Shown piece after piece: positions 39,271 to 53,397 of a stretch of DNA of 64,000 bases; the first letter of the stretch is position 1, and every line of letters begins with the position of its first letter. Source of the DNA: Octopus bimaculoides. Its lineage: Eukaryota. The stretch spans positions 63,301,271 through 63,365,270 of the forward strand of contig NC_068983.1 of assembly GCF_001194135.2 (NCBI RefSeq), given 5' to 3'. The notes beneath the pieces are model-generated. The model was not told the origin of the DNA. It did no database searches and saw only the letters and a program-made list of their open reading frames with translations. Both the position numbers and the translations under genes were made by a program.

Positions 39271-41231
39271 GAAGTGCACACCTTATGTTGAAGCACCCCC
39301 CCCCCCCCGAACCAAACTACCTTTCATATGCACAACATTTACCTCTCCCCAGTGACACTCTTGCAGCCTACCCCATTTTGTCCTTTCTTTTTCGTATCCT
39401 CTCCTCCACAATCAACAGTATCATTACTATCCTGCTACTCCCCACCCCACCTGCACTCTTATGCATTCTTCTCTCTTCCCCAACTCATGGCTCATCAGTC
39501 ATCACTCTTTAATTTGACCTGATTTTTTACAGAGACTGCCTCTCCATCCCCTCATCTACTTCTCATAGAATCATGCAATACCCCACCTACCCACTTCCAC
39601 TCACTTGGACACCTTATTTCCACTATCTTTTGGCAACTCTTATTGATCATTCACTCTCCTAGTAAATGTGAGTAACCATGTAGCTCTTCTACAAAAATTA
39701 CCTCTGTACCCCACCACCACCACCTCTCTTACTTTAACTCTTCATCCCTTAACATAAAGCTGATTCCACCCTCCCTTGGGGTTCATAGTTTTGCAAGCTG
39801 CATGGCAATCTCAGTAGCGCTGGAGGTATTAATGAACAGAATGAAAAAAATAATAAATAAGAAATCCATATCATTCTATAGATCTCTTTTTCTCTCTCTC
39901 TCCCTCTCCTGAAGATATAAAAGCTAATGGATACTGAGATAAATATTTATGAAACAAACTGGTATTATTCTACTTCATAAATAACAATAATGTGTAAAAT
40001 GAAAAATACAATTAAATTTTTTAAAATAATTAATTAATCACTAATTAAATCCATGGTCAGTTTCATTCCTAGTGATATATCATTAGATTTACTTTTGGTT
40101 TGATACATATAATTAACAGCTTACATATATTTCAACACATGCATATGCACAAATGATTAACTTTAAAGAAAGAAAAATAGGCAAAGTTTGGTGAATGAAA
40201 AAATTATAAATTAGCAATTTTAAAAATTACACAATTTCTCACTTGAGTTTGGCAGGCTGTTCAGTCAAATTCAAAGATAGCAAGGTGGCAGAGGAGAAAA
40301 AAGACTGTTGATAAAAAGAGAAGTAATTTCTAAATTTCTGAGATCTATTTTTTCTACAAGAGAACAGTCTGTTACATGTATTATAGAAGAAAAAGCAGAA
40401 GTAGAAGGTTCTTTGATCATTTTTTTATGGAAATTATCTAGAGTGGATTACTGCAGCCTATTTTTCTGAACAAGTAGTGCAATGCTTTCTCACTTTCTCA
40501 GAAAATAGTTCAAACCTGACTCAACATCTTCTAAGACAGTGTTGCATTCTCACAATTTCTAAATTCACATCAAAGACAAAAAATAATCATTCTTCAGCTC
40601 CTTTGAAATACATATTCTTTTTGTCCTCTTTTTCAAAGTCAATGTAACATGGTACCTATTGGTTGACAAAATGATGAACTGAGGTAATGTAATATATTAT
40701 TTTTTACACAAAAAATAGCAAAAAAATTCCTTTGCTGACACCTTAGCTTATTTACTTCTATATTATAATCTCTGAGCCAAAGGACCTGTAAACATTTAGA
40801 TGACCTATTTAAAATTGTAACCAAATTTCCTCAAATTACATTCAACCATCTTAAAACAGGGTAAGAATATATTACATTAGATTATTCAGTTCAGGATACT
40901 TATAAGGTGAAGGGATAGTCATACTGTTGACCATAAATCTTCTCAATCAGAGATGTAACTTGGAGTTAAAAAAAAAAAAGCCTTTAAACTTGCAATCTAA
41001 GGACAAATAGTCCAATACCTTACCCATTCAACCATTTTGCAATTGTCCATAATAGAGTGGTTATCACTCTTGTATACATAGTTTAATATATTTGATATCA
41101 GGGTGCTTTCTCATTCTACTTCAGATAAAGCTATTCAATCACATAATCTTACACATCTAATAACTTATGCTAAATATATTTTTCTGTAAGTGTTATATTC
41201 AGTCTATGCACACTATCTATGGTTTTGTTAC

Positions 41232-41337
41232 CAACAGAAATAGCAGATATCTCGGTAAATATCATTCTTGTTTTAACACCAACTTTTCCATGCTTGCCAT
41301 AGGTCAAATGGAATTTGTTAAGGTAGATTTTCTTAGG
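41232..41337 (-). CDS. Candidate exon (PKKIYLNKFHLTYGKHGKVGVKTRMIFTEISAISV-G), PH-like pattern
   Basis: Acceptor gtcatacag, donor G|gtaaca (both moderate), 106 nt, phase 0 to 1, within stop-free ORF 41170-41367. Confidence 0.5.
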
Positions 41338-42765
41338 CTGTATGACGTTCATATCACTAACACTCACCTATTTCTAAGTATGGTAATATTTCCCCATAGC
41401 CAGACATGTGTTCACAAAGATTGCAAATTATGGACATTGCTTGTATGACAGTGATGCTTCTTTATGACTTTCATGTGATATCAAGACAAGGAGACATAAA
41501 CACACTCACACAGGTGCATAACCACACACATATACATACACACACATGTATACACAAATTATATTATATTGTAGAAGACACTTGTCCAAAATGCCACACA
41601 GTGGGACTGAGTCTGAAACCATGTGGTTGAGAAGCAAACATTATGATCACATACCTAATTTAACCTCCATTCACATGGAAAATATACAAAATACCTAATC
41701 AAAGAAATAAAAATATCTTTTGGCATCTTTTGGTTTAGTAAATCAAACATTACTTTATATATTAATAACAACAGCAACAGCAACACCAACAGTGACAGCA
41801 AGCATTTGCAATTTAAATCAAAACAAATAAGATGTCTGAAATAAGTTCAAGATAACAATCATCACAGAGATTTGAAAGAGAAAAGTATACAAATCTCTAC
41901 TCAAGCTAGACATGTCTTTCACAAATAAATACAATTTAATCATATGGAAATTACAATAACCTGAGGAATAGTAGAAGATTTATACTGAGATGAATAGATT
42001 TGCATTTATTTGGATAAATATTATGAATTTTTGTATATTTTTAGGTAACATAAGGGGATAAAGAAAAGTATTAACAACTTTTCTTCCTGAAAAGTTCCCC
42101 ATACTTTAGTAAAAAATTATCAAATTATTTGGCAATATAGTTCTTAAACATAAAGATACAAAGATAATATCTAAGATATCATCATTGGAAGCAGTGGCAG
42201 AACCATTATTGCTGCCCCCCCCCTCCCACCCCTACATGCATGAAGATAATCATCATCACTTCAGAGTCTTGTTTCATGCTGGCAGGATCTGAATAAGATT
42301 GTCCTACATCAACAGCAGTAGTATTGTTATCATCGATGTTGTTTTATTATCATCGTCATCATCATTGCAAAAAGTTCTATTCTAACAAGTTCATTTAATG
42401 CACAGTGTTTTCCTCATTAGCATAAAGCATATAGTATAAATGAAATGAGATATCAACAAAGTAACTTACTTAGTTTTCTATGAAGAAAGTGAGAATTTAC
42501 AATACTCATTTGTCTAGCAAACTATCTGAGAAAATTAACTCTGACTCTAGCCTCTATACCTGAGAATTGATCCCTTCACTTCTTCCTCTTCAGTTTCCCT
42601 CTTTGTAAGCACTTACCACTAACATCACACATTATTCTGTTTTCTCCAGCATGCAGGTAGGGCATTTGTCTGGAGAAAATTTGCCTCAACAAATTCTGTC
42701 CAACACATGCAAGCATGGAAAAGCAAACATTAAAATGATGATGATGATGGTGATGATGATGATGT

Positions 42766-42800
<35 letters not shown>

Positions 42801-43245
42801 CACTAACCATTCACCTCCCAAATCATACCTGGGCTATTATATTTCCTATATATATTTCATGACATATTCAACATTAAACCACTGACTCAGCTTTTATTTC
42901 ATGAATATTAGCCTTTCATATCCAGTGAATGACAGCAAAAGTTCTTCTCCATGTTGGCACATGCAGAAGCATGTCTATGTGCATTTGCTTCAGTATGAGT
43001 GTGCATACATACAAACACACACATACATATATATACTATTTATGATATATATATATATATATATATATGCATATAAATATGAGCTGCAGCAAAAATTTTT
43101 ATCAGTGAACATGTTGCAGTTTCTAGCAATAAAAATGTTGACAGAATATTACAAATAAACGTTTAAATGAAGTTGACAGTTTGTTTTTTAATAGCTAACT
43201 TCTGTCTTCTACACTGCAATTGCTAAATATATATCATTATACACA

Positions 43246-43314
<69 letters not shown>

Positions 43315-43318
43315 AACA

Positions 43319-43703
43319 GGCGTAGGAGTCACTGTGTGGTAAGTAGCTTGCTTACCAACCACATGGTTCTGGGTTCAGTCCCACTGCATGGCACCTTGGG
43401 CAAGTGTCTTCTGCTATAGCCTCAGGCCGACCAAAGCTTGTGAGTGGTAAAGGAAACTGAAAAGAAGCCCGTCGTATATATATGTATGTGTGTATGTTTG
43501 TGTCTGTGTTTATCCCCCCAACATCACTTGACAACCGATGCTGGTGTTTATACGTCCACGTAATTTAGCGGTTCGGCAAAAGAGACCGATAGAATAAGTA
43601 CTAGACTTCCAAAGAATAAATCCTGGAGTTGATTTGCTCGACTAAAGGCAGTGCTCCAGCATGGCCACAGTCAAATGACTGAAACAAGTAAAAGAGATAA
43701 AAA
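43319..43703 (+). mobile_element. SINE family B, full length
   Basis: Head, internal TA/TG tract and tail as in other copies. Confidence 0.9.
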
Positions 43704-43867
43704 AGACACACACACACACACACACACACGCACATATATATATATATATATATAATTTAAAGGAAAACCACTATTAAATAATTCAATAAAGAAGAACTCA
43801 ACTCACACCCTCCGGAAAACAAATATATCACAAAAACCTTACTCAAAAAATCAATAAAATACAAGAG

Positions 43868-44066
43868 GAATAGCTAGTAAATGGTATAAAATGATTACGC
43901 ACGTTTCGTGGCTATATTTTCAAATAGATAACCAATTCAATTAATAATTCTGTTAATAATCAAATCAATCTAGTTAAATCTATTCAAAAATAGAGTCACT
44001 CGTAATTTATTCGAAAAAATAGCCACGAAACATGCGTAGTCATTTTATACCATTTACTAGTTATTC
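43868..44066. repeat. Inverted repeat, about 48-bp arms and 103-bp spacer
   Basis: GAATAGCTAGTAAATGGTATAAAATGATTACGCACGTTTCGTGGCTAT versus ATAGCCACGAAACATGCGTAGTCATTTTATACCATTTACTAGTTATTC. Confidence 0.92.
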
Positions 44067-45789
44067 TATGCCACATAGAGTAGCAAATCTTGTGCTCCTT
44101 GAGGGTTACAAAGCAACTTCACTAATGGTGGTACTTTCATAAAATGCACCCATCTGCTCTATAAAGTAGTTCACATATAAGTAGAGATTATGCAATGTTG
44201 AGTGAAGCCTTCAAATTTGTTTTGTCAAGGACATGTTAATTTCCTTTGTACTGGTAGCAGGATAAATTGCATCAAGTATATATACTTAAACTAATTGATG
44301 TTAAGAAAAGCATCCAACTGGAGAAATAAAGTCAAAAATAGAACATACAAGCCACAAATGCATGCATGCATGCACGTGCACACACACACACAAGTGCATA
44401 CATGCACACACACACACACACACTTTAACTCTTAATGCCAGTTCACTTTGCATCCACATTCCTAAGGTTGATATCAATGCATAGCAACTTTGGCTAGTAT
44501 TGTAGTCTCATGTTGACCAAAGATTTGAAAGGAAAAAAATAATACATAGATAGAAAGTGCATGAAAATTTTGGTGGTGGACCTAATCTGTCCCTCAGTTT
44601 ATCTGCACTACATAGTCCTTGGATGCCTTTAATGAACCAAGTCCCCAGTATAAGGGTAACTAGAACCTGATGTGCTGCTTTCTACAGCAGCGATCCATTA
44701 ATCATTGAGCTAATTAGAGATTTTCTGTATAACTGTTTAGCATGCTAGACTTAGTAGCCAAATCTCCCTCAAATCATACTCAACCATTGGAAAAAAGAAA
44801 CAAATTGGATATAAAGCCTACAAGAGTGTAGTTCAGCTGATACATTGGTTGACAGCCTAAAGAGACAAAAAGGAAACCATGACTATTTACTGAGCCTTCT
44901 CTATCATCACCATCGTCATTTAACGTCTCCCTTCCATACTGGTACGGATTGGATGGTTTGACAGGAGTTGGCCAGGCAGGAGCCTGCACCAAACTGTGTC
45001 TGTTTTGGCAGGGTTTTTATGGCTGGATGCCCTTCCTAAAACCAACCACATGACAACCTCTTTGAATTTAAAGAGACTCCTCCTTCTAGGGTCCAAATGT
45101 ACTCTTGTTTACCTTGCCAAATTTTATGAGTGGTCATAATTGTTTAGAATCTATTACATAGACAACAGGAGATAACTCTAACTTAGAATATTTTTATAGA
45201 TACCGACTTTTCTTGTTATAACTGTATAATTCTTATTTATAAAGCAATCTACAAAGAACCTAATCTATGACAAAACAAAGCAAAACAAGCGTATCAACTT
45301 CACTCAACTTTCTATGTGATATATTATCCAATATATTTACCCAACAAACAAACAAGACATAAATTTTGAAATATTTGGACAATATGTTTTATTATTGTTG
45401 TTGTTGTTGTTATTATTATTATTATTTATATTACACATTGACAATAGTTAAGGGAATAATGCCAAAACTAGTGCTCCTTTGGAATTAATTATTCTGTTGA
45501 TTTACCATAATATTTCATTGTAAAGAAATCAGTTTATAAACAGGCAATATGAACGAGAAACATTTCTACAAAACAAAAAAAAGAAAATTGTAAAATAGGG
45601 TCCAAAATTACAATAATTGATCACTTGAGAGCAATTGCTTTTACACGGTTTAATAAGAAAAAATATTCTATAATGGCTACATAAATATTGGCTATTAAAG
45701 GACTCTAGAGGAGAAGTTAAAAATTTACAATGTAAATTATTTCCTTTGATTTGTATTTTATGAAACAATACTTAGATATTTTACTTAAA

Positions 45790-45962
45790 GCAAGGAGAGA
45801 AATACACACACACATGCGCATGTGCACGCATGCTTGTGTGCGCATGCCTGTGTGTGTGTGTGCACACGTGTGTATGTGTGTGTGCGCACGCATGTATGTG
45901 TGTGTGCACATGTGTGCATGCATACGCACGTGTGCATGCATGCGCACATGTGTGTGCACATT
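45790..45962. repeat. Degenerate alternating purine-pyrimidine tract (TG/CA/CG mix)
   Basis: Directly visible. Confidence 0.9.
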
Positions 45963-46879
45963 TGTTTCAAATTCACTTCTCTAAATTAACATGAGTTTGG
46001 TTATGTTTGCAGACCTCTGATATTTGCAAATGAATTGCTGATCGCTGGAATTGCTTGCACAAGAGTTTACATTATTCTTTAAAACCACTGTAACTTTCCT
46101 GTTTCTGATAATTCAGTCTTAAAGTGGGAGTGGTATCTATGTTCAGCCACAGAACACGAGGAAAGCAACAGAGTATGCCAAGCAACACAAGCCCTTAAGA
46201 AGAGTTTATGATTATAAGGTTATTTATCCCATCATTCTATTTCTTTCTTTCTCACTCACTCTGAAGGATAAAAGGCAAAGTCAACTGTATTGGGATCTGA
46301 ACACAAAGCATGCAGAAAGGACATGAAAAATTGAAACACTTTGTAGTGTTCAATCATTTCTGCTTCTCTAATGCCCATCATTATCATCAACATTTTAACC
46401 CTTTTGTTACCATAGTTCTGTTGAAATACACTGCTTCTGTTCTAGTGAAGTTTCAAAATAATAAAGAATTCTGCAAAATAACTTCATCATTATGACATTG
46501 GTGTTTGGAACATAGATTAACATGAAATTTTGATGGAGGATTTAAAATTTTATCACTTTAAAACAGGAAGTTTGACTCATAAAATGCAAATTTTCCCATG
46601 TTGTTAAAGATTCAACCTGTTATCTGTAGAACAGAGTTATTTAAATTGCTACTTTTCATCAACGAGACCCATCATACTAAAACTTTACTTCTTTACATGA
46701 CCTCTCTCAAATGTTAACTGAAAGGCACTCAGTACATTTTGTTGTATAAGAGGAGGGTCTTTATGCCAACAATAAACATGTACTGGTTCAATTTCACTTC
46801 TTTTATTATTATTAGTCAACCATTAAGTATTTGACCAATTACTTAATCAATTGTTTGATTAATCATTCAGTCTATCAGT

Positions 46880-47520
46880 AAATCAGCAAGTTTCCTCAGA
46901 GTCCTTTTGTTGTCATTCCCAACCTCATCAATGACGTTGCTGGCATAACTATGGATGGCAGCAGATCTCTCCTATTCACTGTATCATCTGCCTGTGTAAC
47001 TAAGGATATATTGTTCCTTTTCCACACAACCATCTCTTTGGCATTTATTATCTGTCTTACAATAATGAAGAATGCTGTTAGACCTATCTGCATTGAATTT
47101 GTACTTAATACACTGTTCCATCACTTAATCTTACCATTGTCCCTCTCAGCTAGTATCTACCACTTGTATTTTCCCTCTACTGTACTCTCACCTTCTATCA
47201 CTATGTTTTTCCCCATCAGAGTTTTGCATTCTCCATCAATTTTTTTCTATTCAGCTTCTCCGTCTATGCTTTGAGTGAATATACTCATGAATGTGTACTA
47301 AGGACTTCAATTTTATAAGGTACAAGACAACCTCATTAAGCTGGTACTAAAATTAAATTCATTCAGTACACTCTCTAAAGATGCTGGCAATTGAATGAAG
47401 ATAATTTTTAGTCTTGTTGAGTACATGATGACTGCTTCAATACTTGTGTCACAATAAAGTATACCCTGTGCAATCTGTAAAGTGGCTAGAGATAGGAAGT
47501 GAGACATACTCTTTGAGCCA
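46880..47520 (-). mobile_element. Decayed LINE RT fragment
   Basis: NISLVTQADDTV resembles the RT YADD motif. Many stops. Confidence 0.45.
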
Positions 47521-47770
47521 GACAAGAGGGTAGAAATTCTGTATTAGAACTGACTGGGACTGTGACAACCTGTTGACTCCATGCTAACATAGAAAGCAGA
47601 TTTTACTTGATGATGATGATAATCATGATCATGATATGTATGCAAAAAGCATCCAGCCATAAAAACCATGCCAAAGTAGACATTGTAGCTTGGCACAGTC
47701 CGCGAGTTAGCCAGCTCCTGTTAAACAATCCAATCCATGCCAGCATGGAAAATGAGCATTAAAGATGATA

Positions 47771-47808
<38 letters not shown>

Positions 47809-48889
47809 AATGACTGCAACATTTATGCACGCAACAATAAGCAGTTCTGTACCCTATATTTCTTTTAATGGGTTTAACTTTATTTTGCCTTTGATTATTT
47901 TTGCCCTCTTCTGTTTCTCATGTTGCTTTGTCTTTCAAACTTTCACCACCTGGACAACATTCATTTTTAGACCAAGAAAACAAACATTTTCAACAGTACC
48001 AAGACAAATCTTTACACATAAAAAAAAAAAAATCAGCAGACATGAACAACACAATTAAAAACCTTAAAACTTTATTACAAACACTAGGTCACAGAGTCTT
48101 TGATAATCAGTCATAGCAACAACTGTATAGTTTTGAAAACAAAATATTCCTCTTTAGGACAAGAGAATATTTCAACCTTGATCAGTTGTAGATCCTAGAA
48201 TTGTAGAGCTGTAAAGTCCCCAGTCTTTGTGCATATTTTTCCTAACATAACCTACACAAAACTGAACATTAACTACATCAGTTTCACTAGTCTTAGAGGG
48301 CTTTGAAAGTGATGGGTGTTGTCATGCCTCATACCAAGAGATAATAAGGTAAAGAAAGGAGAAACACTGAATCTATATCCTTTCAAATACATTTATTTCT
48401 TCTTTGAGAAAACTCTTCTGAAACGCTTGAATTCTCTCTCAACCTTAGCACACAGATATATTCCATTCCATGGAAGTGATTTTTTTTTTGTATATTCAAA
48501 CTACAGTTCATTTTCTTTGACTTTGTTCATAAACTTTTAGCTATCTATAATATCAGTAGATTTTAAATCTTTATAAAACAGATTCTAATAAGAGCCCAAT
48601 ATGCACATGTAGAAAGAATATCCTATCATTTGGTTAAATTAAATCTCTTAGAGCAATGGAAATATAATGGCCTGATTAATGTGAGTTCAATCTTAAGTCC
48701 AAAACATGAATTAATAATTCATTAATAGTAAAATGCATAAAAGGAAACTAAGAGATTCAATCTGCATTAACTTTCTGGATTCAAAGTTTTTCTGACTATC
48801 CTAAGTCAACAGAACAATATATCAACAGCAGTTACATAAATGTATATATACTATATGTGAGTGAGTGTGAGTGTATCTGGATGGCATGC

Positions 48890-49300
48890 ATCATCATCGT
48901 CATTATATGTCTGCTTTCCATGCTAGCATGGGTTGGACGATTTGACTGGGGACTGGCAAACTAGATGGTTACACCAGACTCCAATCTGATCTGGCAGAGT
49001 TTCTACAGCTGGATGCCCTTCCTAACGCCAACCACTCCAAGAGTGTAGTGGGTGCTTTTTACGTGCCACCAACACAAGGGCCAGTCAGGCAGCACTGGCA
49101 ATGGCCACGCTCAAATGGTGTTTTTTTACGTGCCACCTGCACAGGAGTCACTCCACTGTTCTGTTCACATGCCACTGGCACAAGTGCCAGTAAGGTGAAG
49201 CTGGAAACGATCGCGCTCAAATGGTACTTTTTACGTGCCACCAGCATGGGAGCGAGACCGCTGCTTTCGCAGTGATCCCGCTCGAATGGTGCTGTTAGCG
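48890..49300 (-). mobile_element. RTE 3' UTR (family A) copy with tandem units
   Basis: Reverse-complement family A followed by CTCAAATGGTG..TTTTACGTGCCACC repeat units. Confidence 0.8.
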
Positions 49301-49945
49301 CTCTACTGGCATGGGTGCTGGTCATCAAATTCATGGTGGAAAACTTCATTTCACAACCACATGGTTTCTGGTTCAATTCAACTTGGTGTTATGTACCATT
49401 TGAGAAATAATTTGACTGGAATTTGGCAGACAGAAACTATGCAGAAGCCTCTCCCTTTCTCTTCCCCCCACCCCTGCACGCACACACACAAATATAGATA
49501 TATAAAACTGTATATAAAAGCAGATTAATATTAAACTAAATGATTACTCAATACTTTTTATCATACTACATATTTATTACTTTTTATTAGGAAAACATCA
49601 ATATGACTTTGATGTTTCAGCTTACTCGCCTTCATTGGAAAGTGATTTACTTTGATTCTTTTTTGGAGCTAACTGGTTCTTGACAGATGTTCTTTTAGGT
49701 AAATGGAGCAATGTAATAGTTATTAGGTATGACTTAAGTAGACAGGGGAAGTATTTTGTTGTGGGACAGAGGAGGATAGGAAGAACATATGTGTTTGAAG
49801 AGTGTGTATTGATAGAAAAGTATGTGAGTATTATTTTGATTTTTATGTGGGAATGTTGTTTAGGATTCAGTCAGGTAGGGAAGTAAGAGTCTGAACAAAT
49901 ATATGTATATGAGATGAGTGTGTGTGTGTATCAATATCATCATCA

Positions 49946-50790
49946 TCATCATCATCAACAACATCTTTTAACGTCCATTTTCCATGCTGGCATGTGTTGG
50001 ACAGTTTGACTGAGGAGGACTGGCAAGTCAGGAGGCTGCGCCAGGCTCCAATCTGTTCTGGCAAGGTTTCTACGGCTGGATACCCTTCCTAATGCCAACC
50101 ACTTTGAGAGTGTAGTGGGTGCTTTTTACATGCCACAGGCATGGGTGCCAGTCAGGTGGCACTGGTATTGGCCACGACAACGATTTCACTTGACTCAAGA
50201 GGTCTTCTCAAGTACAGCATATTGCCCGATGATTAAAGGGTACTTTTAAACAGGCCCGTTATGTGACACTGGCATTGGTTGTGGATATGAGCTCACTTGA
50301 CTAGTCAGGTCTTTTCAAGCACAGCATATCTCCAAAGGTCTCGGTCACTTATCATTGTCTCTGTGAGGCTCAACATTTGAAAGCCATACTTCACCACCTC
50401 ATCCCAGGTCTTCCTGGGTTTATCTCTTTCACAGTTTCCCTCCACTGTTAGGGTTTCACAATTGTCGTCCAATGTGCCCGTTGAAGTTGCCAGCCACAAA
50501 GAGAATGTCTCTTGTCATTTGCCAATGAGATAGTTTGCAAGACAGTGTCATAAAATCGATCTTTCTGTTCATCAGGTAGCTAAGATAATGGTTGCTAATC
50601 ATGTTGCAGCCCTAATCTAAGCTTAAGTATACTTTGATTACCTTATCAACCCATTTCTCTGCAAGGAGTATACCCACACTGCCAACCCTGTCAGTGTTCC
50701 CTACCCAGAAAATCTTATACCTATAGTTCTTTGCCTGTGAGGAACCTAGAAGAGCTTCCTCTCCACCATGAACAATCCAAACTGATTCAC
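49946..50790 (-). mobile_element. RTE LINE 3' end plus adjacent APE fragment
   Basis: TVEGNCERDKPRKTWDEVVKYGFQMLSLTETMISDRDLWRYAVLEKT is contiguous with the family A UTR. YKIFWVGNTDRVGSVGILLAEKWVDKV is an APE motif. Confidence 0.85.
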
Positions 50791-51162
50791 ATTCTCCAAA
50801 TACAATCAAGTACAATGAAATTTTGTAAAACATTCCAAGGATTCTCCATTTGAGGTTCTTGGACTGAATATAGGCTCACAGCCTTAAATACATACAAAAT
50901 ATACACACATTTACACACACAAACAGTAATATAGCATCCATAGTATATGAGAGCAAGTTGACCCACACACACATGCATACATACCCATATGCACTCACTA
51001 ACCAATTCAGATATCCACGAACCCCAAGAGTTGTCTTGACTTAAACAAAAGTGCCTTGCCACTTTGTTAGTAACTGGCTTAAACTCTGCAAAGAAAAAAA
51101 AATTGTATCCCTAACACGCACACTCACACACGCACAGACACAGACACGCACACACACACACA

Positions 51163-51197
<35 letters not shown>

Positions 51198-51933
51198 AAC
51201 CTGTGTGGTTCCATTTTGATTACTGTAAGATTGATTAGATTTTGAAAATTAAAATAACCTTCATAAAATAGGCCAACATGTTTAGCATCAAACACATTTA
51301 TTGATGAATATTATGATGATAATCAACACATGAACACTCTATACCAGCGTTTCTTAACCTGGGTTCTGCAAAAAGTCCCTATGGGTTCCTCAAGAAAGAG
51401 TGAGATATGTTAATGCTAATTTCATGATCATAATATTACTATACATGCACATTCCTATCTAACCTATTATGTTATCAAAAAAATATAACAACCATTGAAA
51501 ATGAAATCCGTGTGTGTTTATCTAAAGTTTGACCTCAAAATAAGTATTTGACAGGCACAGGTTTCACATTAGGGAAGCATGTTTCCCTTTATCAAATGGC
51601 TTTGAAAGTAATATTTCCTTGTACAATTTATTGGTTAACAGTACATTTTGACTTGATTTATCGTTTGTCTTTTCAACATTGCCAGTAAAGGATAAATAAA
51701 TAATAAATTGATACACAATTATCTGTCTTTCTTCTATTTACATTTATGCATTATAGGTATATGATATTGGTTACTTATGTTTATTTTTTACGTCTAAGTT
51801 TAGATTTTTTTTCTTTTTTTTTTGCGCGTGAATGAAACTCCATGATGAGGTATCATAAATGAGCAGTATGAATCTTACCTAGCATAACCAATAAATTTGA
51901 TAAAGAAGTATTAAGTTTTTCTTAAGCCAATTA

Positions 51934-52260
51934 TTAATATTCATCATGGCATCTGATGTGGCTTTTTAAACCAGACAATGTTTTGAAAAGACACTTACAG
52001 AGATTGCATATCTGATTCGGACTACCAAGAGATGGTGTTAAGTTCTGATCTTTGTGGATCTTAAAATGTCTTTTGAAGTCTCCATCAGATTTGCAGACCT
52101 TCTCGAATACATTGCATTGAAAGATGTGCACAGACATATAGGCTGAATAGTTGGTGGCGGTTCATTTTCCATGGGTTCACTAATGGGATGTGAGCCCAGC
52201 AAACGAAAGGCATGGTCTGCTATGAACTGTGCACACAAAAAGGTCATTGTGATTCACCTT
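51934..52260 (-). pseudogene. Decayed triple C2H2 zinc-finger segment, probably the C-terminus of an RTE-type ORF
   Basis: FVCTVHSRPCLSFAGLTSH**TH, FQCNVFEKVCKSDGDFKRHFKIH and ICNLCKCLFKTLSGLKSHIRCH are in one frame with in-frame stops. Confidence 0.6.
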
Positions 52261-52281
52261 CTCAGTATGTATATACATATA

Positions 52282-52312
<31 letters not shown>

Positions 52313-52760
52313 NNNNNNNNNNNNNNNNNNNNNNNNNNNNNNNNNNNNNNNNNNNNNNNNNNNNNNNNNNNNNNNNNNNNNNNNNNNNNNNNNNNNNNNN
52401 NNNNNNNNNNNNNNNNNNNNNNNNNNNNNNNNNNNNNNNNNNNNNNNNNNNNNNNNNNNNNNNNNNNNNNNNNNNNNNNNNNNNNNNNNNNNNNNNNNNN
52501 NNNNNNNNNNNNNNNNNNNNNNNNNNNNNNNNNNNNNNNNNNNNNNNNNNNNNNNNNNNNNNNNNNNNNNNNNNNNNNNNNNNNNNNNNNNNNNNNNNNN
52601 NNNNNNNNNNNNNNNNNNNNNNNNNNNNNNNNNNNNNNNNNNNNNNNNNNNNNNNNNNNNNNNNNNNNNNNNNNNNNNNNNNNNNNNNNNNNNNNNNNNN
52701 NNNNNNNNNNNNNNNNNNNNNNNNNNNNNNNNNNNNNNNNNNNNNNNNNNNNNNNNNNNN

Positions 52761-53160
52761 CACCTGCACAAGAGCCAGTCCAGGGGCACTTACAACGATC
52801 TCACTCAAAAATCGTACAAAGGCCAGTCAGGCGGTACTGGCAACGGCCACGCTCAAGATGGTGTATTTTATGTGCCACCTGCACAAGAGCCAGTCCAGGG
52901 GCACTTACAACGATCTCACTCAAAAATCGTACAAAGGCCAGTCAGGCGGTACTGGCAACGGCCAGGCTCAAAATGGTGTATTTTATGTGCCACCCACACA
53001 AGAGCCAGTCCAGGGGCACTGGCAACAATCTCGCTCGAAAATCCTACAAAGGCCAGTCAGGCAGTACTGGCAACGGCCACGCTCAAAATGGTGTATTTTA
53101 TGTGCCACCCGCACAAGAGCCAGTCCAGGGGCACTGGCAACGATCTCACTCGAAAGTCCT
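52761..53160 (-). repeat. 115-bp tandem repeat (about 3.5 units) of an RTE 3' UTR, running into a gap
   Basis: Unit starts at 52761, 52876, 52991 and 53106. Confidence 0.95.
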
Positions 53161-53249
53161 TAGACATGCCACGGGCACAAATGCCAGAAAGGCGAATGCT
53201 GGGCACAGGTGCCATCACAAATTCGCTTTTACTTGCCCCAATAAGTCTT

Positions 53250-53397
53250 CGCAAGCTGAGTTTCGTGTCCAATTTAACTCGATTTTGATTTCACTTGCCT
53301 CAACAGGTCTTCGCAAGTGGAGTTTAGTGTCCAATTTAACTCGATTTCGATTTCACTTGCCTCAACAGGTCTTCGCAAGTGGAGTTTAGTGTCCAAT
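53250..53397. repeat. 62-bp tandem repeat (about 2.3 units) in the same RTE UTR
   Basis: GTCCAAT at 53267, 53329 and 53391. Confidence 0.9.

Noticed and set aside
40238-40348. 111-nt open minus-strand segment (KNRSQKFRNYFSFYQQSF...)
   Set aside because: It is low-complexity and T-rich, and its phase does not match the 41232 donor.
45526-45585. Minus-strand segment with a very strong acceptor and donor (about 60 nt)
   Set aside because: All three frames contain stops. It illustrates the false-positive rate of splice-motif scanning.
52171-53288. ORFs of 330 and 358 aa with repeating peptides
   Set aside because: They consist of a gap plus the 115-bp tandem repeat of a LINE UTR.
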